NCBI GenBank assembly: GCA_965140445.1
Contig: OZ223236.1
Location: 2,144,001 to 2,208,000, forward strand
Origin: Candidatus Ozemobacteraceae bacterium
GTDB taxonomy: Bacteria > Muiribacteriota > Ozemobacteria > Ozemobacterales > Ozemobacteraceae
Reading direction: 5' to 3'
DNA: 64,000 nucleotides
The notes below the pieces were generated by a model. The model did no database searches. It was not told the DNA's origin and worked only from the letters and a program-made list of their open reading frames with translations. Positions within the stretch are counted from its first letter, which is position 1. The number at the start of each line of letters is the position of its first letter. Both the position numbers and the translations under genes were made by a program. Shown here piece after piece: positions 57,159 to 64,000 of the stretch.

Positions 57159-59994
57159 AAAGTTCTTCCGATTTAGACAATTTAAAAAAGCACATGTTTA
57201 CTTTGTGGGAGTCAGACAGGAGTGTGAATATTCCTGTTTTTAAATTTTCTATGCCAGGTTCATCTGAGAACATTTCTTTCAAAGAGGAACTCAGGTTTTC
57301 ATTAGTTATTAAACCAGCAATTTCTGGTGATACCAGATAAAGGGCGGTTAAATCTTTTATTGGAACTTCCTTGTCAACAATAGGGTGGTTCTTTTGAGGG
57401 GATTCTTCAGTCGAGCCAAAATCTATTATTTCTGGAGTCTTTCCTTTTTTCTTGGTGAGAATGATTGGTGACCCACAGTGGGCTATGGTTATCATTCGTG
57501 GCTCTGGAAAGAAAAGCCCCGCAACAATATCACCGCATATGTTTTTTCTGAGATGAATTCTAAAAAATTCTTCTGCTTCTTTTAAGCATTTTGCTGGAGA
57601 TAGGTCTTCGGATTCAGAGAACAAATAGTCCAGAACTGATTTGAACATGGCCAATTGAATTTCATTGCTTATTTTACTGATCTTTTCTTTGAGTCTGAAA
57701 TGATAAAAAAATACGCTTTTGTCTTTACCTTGTCCAAATGAGAAAAATTCTGTCTGCTCAATGTTACCGATTGAAAATCTGAAACCTTCAAGCAGGAATG
57801 ACTTAATCTGCATTCTTGTTTCAGGAAGAATCAGGTGCTTAAATTCTTCGCTGGCACTAATTGAGTTTGTTTTTAAAACAATTTCTTCCAGGGCGGTTGC
57901 TATGTTCTGAATTTCAGCTCCACTGGTTGCATTTGCCAGTTCATGGATCTGATTTTTTTGCGTATTTTTTGATGAATTAGCAAGGTTTTTGATAGGTCTG
58001 ATGATTGAACTGAAAAACGCATATGCAAGGGCGCAAACCAAAAACACCGTTAAAATTGCCCCGAAAAGGAAAATCGATGACATTTCTGCAAGGTCACTTT
58101 TTATCTTTTCCAGAGGGATTATGATGAAGAGATTGTAATTTTTTAAATTACTTCCTGGTATGGCTACAATAAGGGATTCAATCTCACTGACTCTTCCGAT
58201 TTTTGAACAAAAAACCTGTGTTTGATTGACCAGATCGTGTAACTTCCACATTGGAAGCTCGTTTAAATAAGAATATCTTGGAAAATATGCTGTTTTGCTA
58301 CCTGGCTGTTTTGGAAAGGCTGCAAGCTGAAATCCGGTTGATCTGACCAGATCTTCCTCAGCCATTTTCAGGTATTTCTTTTGCATTTTTAAAGTGTCGT
58401 GAACAACGATAAAACAACCATTAGCTTTGTGTGCTTCATTGAAGGTCAGGTCCATGTAGGTAAGAGTTTCGTCTCCGGCAAATACTATTGACTGAAGGGT
58501 GGATCGGTTTGCCATTAAACCTTCAACCGGGCGGGCTGTGATCGCCCCCATTCCAACAGGATCGAGCGAAGGGCTTTTTTTATCAGAGCCTGAAGAATTG
58601 TAAGATTCTAAAACCTGCTTTGAAATCATTGAAACAAACTTGTGATATTTACTCTCAATAGAATGTTTATTCTTTCCGGAAATCTGAGGGGCCTTAAATA
58701 GATATTTGCCTTCAGGGGATACATAGCTGGCAAATTCAATTTTCTCTTCCTTCTGGGCTTTTAAAATGGGAGAGAGAAGCTGTTTGAGTTTTTTTCTATC
58801 AGGAACCAGTTGAGAATTTAAATGTCTGTATTGTCGGAGGAGATCTCCAAATGAAGCAAAAAAGTTTTGATCAATTTTTTCGAGCATTTCTCCTGCTCTA
58901 ATCTTATATTCCGCCAAAAGGGAATCCTGCTTTTCTCTTTGATAAAAGAAAATTCCGGAAAATAGTATTAAAGCGCCTAAAAGTGCTGTGAAGCTAAATA
59001 TCAGGCCAAATTGGGTTTCAATCGAAAGTTTGAATCTAACTTTAAAAGCGACTTTCCAGATCAATAGCAGAAAAACTGCCGGCAAGATTACCAGCCCGAG
59101 ATCATACAGGCTTTCTTTAACTCCAGAGCGTGGCATGAGCTTCTTTCTGCAGATCAGACGAATTCCTTCTTTGGTATCGCTAATGGAAAAAAGGTTTCCT
59201 TCAAGCTCAAACTGATTTTTCAGATCTGTTCTTGTCAGGAACTTAACTCCCTTTAAAGAAAGTTTCAAATTGCCTGTAGAGCTTGTGTGCATCGGTTGGG
59301 CAAGATCAATCCACGAGAAACCATAGTTTTTTCCGGCAAATCTCTGAACTTTTCTGATGGCAAGTTCTGCTAAATGATGAAAATTGATTTTTTCAGAATC
59401 AATGAAACAGAGCAGACTTCCAGTGGATTTGTCAGCGAAGGCAATCTTAAACCAGGCTCCAAATTTTTTTAAACCAACCCCGGAAAAATCACAAATAGTT
59501 TGCGGGGATTTAGCCAGCTGAAAAAGGGTCGTAGAATTTCCTGAAAAGGAATCTGCAATGCTCAATTCACGCTTATTTACTGATGATTCGCTGTTTTCTG
59601 AAAGTGTGGTCAAGGTTTTCATGTAGCTTTCAGATATGCGCTTTTTGCCCTTTACGGACTTATCCCAGGGAATGCGTTTATTATTTGAGTCAAACAGGAA
59701 TAATTCAACATTTTCAGTGTTAAAGTTTGTGGAAATATCTGCAGTGTCTGTTGCCCATTTAAAGTTTTCCGCAATCTTTCTAAGCTGGTTTTGATAATAG
59801 GTTTGTGGAGTTGATAATCTTGAAAGATGGGCTGTTATTTCCGCCAGTTCATTGAATTCCTTTTCTTTCTGTCTTTGCAGCTGGTTTTTTTGAAATTCAG
59901 AAACGATAAGGTAAACCGATAAAAAGGGAAGAAAAACAAGCAGAACAATTTTTAAAAGGTCTGAAAAAAAAGCGGTAATTCGATTATATTCCAT
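57148..59994 (-). CDS. Multi-pass membrane HAMP-like protein with a highly degenerate SpoIIE-like C-terminus
   Basis: About 4 TMs, IIRPIKNLA...EIQNIA and a residual SPAKCL...ITIAHCGSP. No catalytic Asp motifs. Start taken at ATG 59994. Confidence 0.78.
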   Translation of the reverse strand: MEYNRITAFFSDLLKIVLLVFLPFLSVYLIVSEFQKNQLQRQKEKEFNELAEITAHLSRLSTPQTYYQNQLRKIAENFKWATDTADISTNFNTENVELFLFDSNNKRIPWDKSVKGKKRISESYMKTLTTLSENSESSVNKRELSIADSFSGNSTTLFQLAKSPQTICDFSGVGLKKFGAWFKIAFADKSTGSLLCFIDSEKINFHHLAELAIRKVQRFAGKNYGFSWIDLAQPMHTSSTGNLKLSLKGVKFLTRTDLKNQFELEGNLFSISDTKEGIRLICRKKLMPRSGVKESLYDLGLVILPAVFLLLIWKVAFKVRFKLSIETQFGLIFSFTALLGALILFSGIFFYQREKQDSLLAEYKIRAGEMLEKIDQNFFASFGDLLRQYRHLNSQLVPDRKKLKQLLSPILKAQKEEKIEFASYVSPEGKYLFKAPQISGKNKHSIESKYHKFVSMISKQVLESYNSSGSDKKSPSLDPVGMGAITARPVEGLMANRSTLQSIVFAGDETLTYMDLTFNEAHKANGCFIVVHDTLKMQKKYLKMAEEDLVRSTGFQLAAFPKQPGSKTAYFPRYSYLNELPMWKLHDLVNQTQVFCSKIGRVSEIESLIVAIPGSNLKNYNLFIIIPLEKIKSDLAEMSSIFLFGAILTVFLVCALAYAFFSSIIRPIKNLANSSKNTQKNQIHELANATSGAEIQNIATALEEIVLKTNSISASEEFKHLILPETRMQIKSFLLEGFRFSIGNIEQTEFFSFGQGKDKSVFFYHFRLKEKISKISNEIQLAMFKSVLDYLFSESEDLSPAKCLKEAEEFFRIHLRKNICGDIVAGLFFPEPRMITIAHCGSPIILTKKKGKTPEIIDFGSTEESPQKNHPIVDKEVPIKDLTALYLVSPEIAGLITNENLSSSLKEMFSDEPGIENLKTGIFTLLSDSHKVNMCFFKLSKSEELYEI

Positions 59995-60091
59995 TTTTTT
60001 GGACAAACTGTATGTACCTCTCCACAAAATAGTCTAATTCACGAGGGGCATACATTCAACCAATTATTAACTTATAACGCACTTTTTTTGC

Positions 60092-60119
60092 AAAATAAAA
60101 CCGCCTTTTTCAAGGCGGC
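60092..60119 (-). terminator. Rho-independent terminator
   Basis: Minus strand CCGCCTT-GAAA-AAGGCGG followed by TTTTATTTT. Confidence 0.7.
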
Positions 60120-60140
60120 TAATTTAATTAACGAATTTTG

Positions 60141-61307
60141 TTATTGTGCGGCTTTTACCTGCTGAAGAATTTGCTTTGCTTTCTGGAGCTGAGCAATTGC
60201 CTGATTGATTTCAGCCTGACTTGCATTTTGATTGTTGGCTATTTTTATATAGCCTTCATAAGCTTTCTGGTAATAGGCCATTGCATCTTGAACAGAAATC
60301 TTTTTGGCTGCAGAAGTGCTGGATGTTCCACTTGAAGCCGAAGCGCTGTTGCTTCCAGAAGTGGTATTGCCATAGGAAATTGTTGGTGATGATGCTGTTC
60401 CATTAGAAGAAGCAGGGGGCTGATTATACTTGGTGTTGTATTTTGTAAGCGCTGCTGAATATTCGTTTTGAACATCAATGAATTCGCCGAATCGCTTGGT
60501 AAGCTGAACTGCTCCGGTTTGAGCTATATTGCCAAGTCGTTCTGCGGCTTTTCCTGAATTTTGAACCTTTTCCATTGTTTTGCCAATGTTAAGGATTGCA
60601 TCCAGACTTCCACCCATAATTTTTTCTATTTCGCTTTTTATGCCGATAAGCTCATTGATTGAGTTCTTTGCTTCATTAAAATAGGCAACAGCTTCAATTC
60701 CTATCTGAGCACATTTGAGAGGGTATTTGGCTTCAACTTTTCCAAGGTCATACTCATCTTTAAGTCTTCCCCATTTGAAAAGGTTGATCGGATTTTCTTT
60801 AACTGCTGAGAAAACTCTTCCCCATCCCTGAGCTCCGGCCAGGCTATTGAGTCTGTCGTTAGGAATTCTTTTTACAACATTCTTGGCAGCGGAAATCGTG
60901 TCAGTGCGGTTGGCCAGATCAGAGAAATATTTTAAACTGGAAGCACTGTTTTTATACATCTGGGTAAATTTGGGTGCCAGATTGTTATATTCTTTAAAAG
61001 TTACAGAAATTGCTTTGGCAATCTCAAGAAGTTTTGGCAAATTGCCACTGAAGCTTTTGTTGCTTATCGATTTATATGCTTGCACCAGTGAGTTTGCACT
61101 TGTCGCAAAAGCTTGAATCGATTTTCTCTCACGATAAAGAGATTTTACATTGTTACTTACTACTTTTGAGTTTTGTGAAATCTGGTTGCGTTCTTTAAAC
61201 CAGAGTTGCATATCGTCGAAAATGCCTGCGTGGACAAGCTGTGTGCTAAATACAAATAGCACCAAAATTGCCAGGACACTTAGCTTTACACTAATTTTTC
61301 TAATCAT
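60141..61307 (-). CDS. Hypothetical secreted helical protein with a Ser/Thr-rich linker and a FIVAR-like C-terminal helical module
   Basis: Signal peptide ending VHA, a coiled-coil body, an S/T-rich linker and NQNASQAEINQAIAQLQKAK. SD GGAGG. Confidence 0.75.
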   Translation of the reverse strand: MIRKISVKLSVLAILVLFVFSTQLVHAGIFDDMQLWFKERNQISQNSKVVSNNVKSLYRERKSIQAFATSANSLVQAYKSISNKSFSGNLPKLLEIAKAISVTFKEYNNLAPKFTQMYKNSASSLKYFSDLANRTDTISAAKNVVKRIPNDRLNSLAGAQGWGRVFSAVKENPINLFKWGRLKDEYDLGKVEAKYPLKCAQIGIEAVAYFNEAKNSINELIGIKSEIEKIMGGSLDAILNIGKTMEKVQNSGKAAERLGNIAQTGAVQLTKRFGEFIDVQNEYSAALTKYNTKYNQPPASSNGTASSPTISYGNTTSGSNSASASSGTSSTSAAKKISVQDAMAYYQKAYEGYIKIANNQNASQAEINQAIAQLQKAKQILQQVKAAQ

Positions 61308-61477
61308 TAGTCCCCTCCAAAACTGGGAATAATCGAAGTATTTTTCTTAATTGTAAGAATGAAACATTGAAACGTCAATGTACAGTGAAAAAAACTGGTA
61401 AAAGTTATGTGTTTTGCAAGGCTAAATTCACAAACTCACCTTAATAATGAAATTAATGGAGTAAACAATTTAAGAAT

Positions 61478-61513
61478 AAAAAAAAGGGCCACCAGAAATT
61501 CTGGTAGCCCCTT
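61478..61513 (-). terminator. Terminator of the GNAT-thiolase-DUF35 operon
   Basis: GGGCTACCAGAA/TTCTGGTGGCCC stem followed by T8 on the minus strand. Confidence 0.8.
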
Positions 61514-61526
61514 TAAAAACAGCTAA

Positions 61527-61865
61527 TTAGCCTTTATAAAAAACTATACCCTTATAGCTTTTGTAATCCAGTTCTCTGACTTTTTCAATTTTGCCAAGAA
61601 CCTTCATGCCAATTTCGGGTTTATCAATTTTTAACTGCCCGGTAATTCTCGTTCCATCTGAAAGCTCAACAATACCAAGATCAAGAACAGAAACTTCAAA
61701 GTCACCTGCTGGATTGTGCAGATGAGTGAAAGTTAACAATTTGCCGTTTGATGGTAGTTCTACCGGCTCGAATTCGTCATTTCTGCACTTTTTGCAAATT
61801 GCTCTATTCGGGTAATGAATGGTTTTGCATTTCAAACACTTATATCCAATTATGCTTAGTTCCAT
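61527..61865 (-). CDS. DUF35 family Zn-ribbon / OB-fold protein
   Basis: CLKC...YPNRAICKKC, GKLLTFT, GIVELSDGTRITGQ and IGMKV. Confidence 0.92.
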   Translation of the reverse strand: MELSIIGYKCLKCKTIHYPNRAICKKCRNDEFEPVELPSNGKLLTFTHLHNPAGDFEVSVLDLGIVELSDGTRITGQLKIDKPEIGMKVLGKIEKVRELDYKSYKGIVFYKG

Positions 61866-61869
61866 TTTA

Positions 61870-63042
61870 TTACTCCTTTATGAAAGTCAGGGCGACTACA
61901 TTGTTGCCGAAACCACCGAAGTTACAGGAGAATCCGACCTTGGCGTTTTTAACCTGTCGTTTTCCTGCTTCTCCACGAAGTTGTTGAACCAGCTCATGGG
62001 CTTGTCCAACCCCTGTTGCGCCAACTGGATGGCCTTTAGCTTTCAATCCACCAGAAGTATTAATTGGAAGCTTACCGCCTAATTTGGTATAACCCTTTTC
62101 TAGAGCGATGTGTCCTTCGCCTTTTTTGAAGAAGCCAACCTCTTCACTTTCAGCAATTTCCAAAATAGTAAAAGCGTCATGAAGCTCTGCAACGCTAACA
62201 TCTTTAGGTTTTACCTGAGCCATGTTGAAGCATTTCTTCGCTGCTTCCTTAACCGCTGTTAATTCTGTTGGATCTGGTCTTTCATGAACACAATGAGTGT
62301 CAGTTGCCTGACCTACGCCAGCAAGTCTAATCATTGGGCGTTTAACTTTTTTGGCAACTTCAGCAGTGGCAAGTATCAGACATGCTCCACCATCAGATAC
62401 CGGACACATGTCAAAGAATCTCAAAGGATCGGCAACAAATGGATTGTTCGTTGCTGCTTCTGGTCCGTCAAGGATACCTTCCATGGTAATTGGAGCATGT
62501 AAATGTGCAAAAGGATTCAACATAGCATTTTCATGGTTTTTAATTGCTACCATTGCCAGATGCCTAGAAGTAACTCCATATTTTTCCATATATAATCGGG
62601 TAAACATTCCCGCCAGAGATGGAAGAGTTACTCCATAAATCTGTTCCGCTAAAGGATGTGCCAGGGAGGCAACAAAGTCAGTAGCTTCCAGGTTATTTGT
62701 TTCGCGCATTCGTTCTGCGGCTGAAACCATTACCACATCATGCATTCCACTGGCAATAGCCATATACCCCTGTTTGATCGCAGAAGCGCCGGAAGCAGGT
62801 CCATTTTCAATTGTTTCCGCACCCGCAGGACAAAGACTTAAATGATCTACCAGCGCACTTCCAAGAGCTGTCTGTCTATTGATTCTTCCGCCACCCATAT
62901 TGGCAAAGTAAAGGTGATCAACTGAAGATAAGCCACAATCTTTCATTGCCTGTATGGCAGGGTAGGCTGCAATTTCGACTAAAGGAAATTCCAGACGGGA
63001 AAACTTTGTTATACCTATGCCAACGACATAAACATCTCTCAT
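61870..63042 (-). CDS. SCP2/archaeal-type thiolase-superfamily protein lacking the nucleophilic Cys
   Basis: KNHENA...NPFAH, CPVSDGG, ELHDAFT and SGGLKAKGHPVGATG are present. The nucleophile loop reads ENGPASG. Confidence 0.9.
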   Translation of the reverse strand: MRDVYVVGIGITKFSRLEFPLVEIAAYPAIQAMKDCGLSSVDHLYFANMGGGRINRQTALGSALVDHLSLCPAGAETIENGPASGASAIKQGYMAIASGMHDVVMVSAAERMRETNNLEATDFVASLAHPLAEQIYGVTLPSLAGMFTRLYMEKYGVTSRHLAMVAIKNHENAMLNPFAHLHAPITMEGILDGPEAATNNPFVADPLRFFDMCPVSDGGACLILATAEVAKKVKRPMIRLAGVGQATDTHCVHERPDPTELTAVKEAAKKCFNMAQVKPKDVSVAELHDAFTILEIAESEEVGFFKKGEGHIALEKGYTKLGGKLPINTSGGLKAKGHPVGATGVGQAHELVQQLRGEAGKRQVKNAKVGFSCNFGGFGNNVVALTFIKE

Positions 63043-63044
63043 GC

Positions 63045-63794
63045 TTATTTCCCTCCTTTAATCTTTTTTCTTGCACCCATTAAAGCAGAAGCTGTTGAAT
63101 CATAGGTTGCTCTTGTGGCAGCCAGGATATCTGCTGGTGGTTTGGGTGGATCAATTGGAGGCAAAATTTCTGCGCATGCTTTTTTGAGAAGTTTTGCAGG
63201 AACTGGTCTTCGACCTACTACAAGACTTTTGCGCGCTTTGTTGAATAGCTCTTTGGTGAGAGCATATGAAGGAGCGCCACCTAATTCATGAGCAATATTA
63301 AATCGTTTTTCTAACTTGTATTCGATCATCCATCTTCTGAATCCAATTGGGGACTCAGCAACAATTAGAACCTCTTTTTGACCAATTACGTCAAAGTGAT
63401 ATTCCATTTTGGCAGCGAAAGCGTGGGCCCCGATTCTCAGTCCTCTTTGCAAAGCTAAGGTGTGATATGAAACTCCGACCTCTGGATTTAAGAGCCTGCC
63501 GTTTACGATAGCTGCAAGGTGCCCATCAATTTGTGCCACCAGAACATATTCATCTTGTACTCTGTGTCTGTAATATCCCAGTAGTTCAGCATAAAGTCGC
63601 GCGGAAACTATGTCATAATAGTCTCTTTCTACTCCCATAAGTGGCGCGACATAAGGCAAAATCGTAGGAATATCTTCCCGTCCAATTTGTCTAATTACCA
63701 TTTCTTCGCCGCTTGCGAGTGTAACAAATTTGGGTTCAAATGGTGGAATTGGGTTGTCCACTGGCCTCAAAAGTTTTTCGAGATCAATTGCCAT
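63045..63794 (-). CDS. GNAT-fold (N-acyltransferase-like) protein
   Basis: LASGEEMVIRQIGREDIPTI, VLVAQIDGHLAAIV and QRGLRIG (motif A-like). SD GAGGAGG before ATG 63794. Confidence 0.7.
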   Translation of the reverse strand: MAIDLEKLLRPVDNPIPPFEPKFVTLASGEEMVIRQIGREDIPTILPYVAPLMGVERDYYDIVSARLYAELLGYYRHRVQDEYVLVAQIDGHLAAIVNGRLLNPEVGVSYHTLALQRGLRIGAHAFAAKMEYHFDVIGQKEVLIVAESPIGFRRWMIEYKLEKRFNIAHELGGAPSYALTKELFNKARKSLVVGRRPVPAKLLKKACAEILPPIDPPKPPADILAATRATYDSTASALMGARKKIKGGK

Positions 63795-64000
63795 GTGGGC
63801 ACCTCCTCTCATTAGATAAATCCAAACCAGGTTTGGACTGCTGCATCTGTTTTCTTTAGCTACCTTTAAGCTTGCCTGCCCAAATAAAAATTGTCAATAC
63901 GGCTTTGAAAGAAAAAAACAGGTGCAAAATTTTTTGCACTTATGGCCTTAATTTATATTTGTTATTATTTAGTTGAGAGTTAGAGAGCCGAAAAAAAATA

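Noticed and set aside
1..64000. CRISPR array, tRNA/rRNA genes, integrase, transposase or prophage genes
   Set aside because: I found no regularly spaced repeats, cloverleaf or rRNA signatures, or recombinase, transposase or phage motifs by eye.

Overview
A 64 kb, AT-rich, gene-dense bacterial chromosome segment with about 50 CDS. I see no rRNA, tRNA, CRISPR array, integrase or transposase. The gene content points to an anaerobe: desulfoferrodoxin, an ETF plus FAD-oxidoreductase pair, an acyl-CoA dehydratase activase-like protein and FeoAB. The many large membrane HAMP-SpoIIE proteins and orphan secreted proteins suggest Candidatus Riflebacteria, which is my inference and is unverified. Recognisable modules are a DUF58/BatA/vWA cluster, two tandem pairs of multi-pass HAMP-PP2C(SpoIIE) sensors (one pair intact, one catalytically degenerate), VOC, an alkyltransferase-like protein, a thioesterase, dfx, a REC-REC-PP2C protein, a fused animal-like FTCD, a fused EtfB-EtfA with an LctD/GlcD-like dehydrogenase, a hybrid histidine kinase, a GntR(YtrA)-ABC operon, feoA-feoB-DtxR, a Ycf46-like AAA ATPase and cysE-cysK. 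The best candidate for an undescribed system is a three-gene operon at the right end: a GNAT-fold protein, an SCP2-type thiolase homologue with Pro at the nucleophilic Cys position, and a DUF35 Zn-ribbon/OB-fold protein. Non-coding highlights are an unannotated 46-codon gene with a consensus sigma-28 promoter, two candidate small RNAs, a REP-like hairpin cluster, a 15-bp inverted repeat pair, DtxR and YtrA operators, and a probable ATT start codon. All product calls come from motif recognition by eye, with no database searches.
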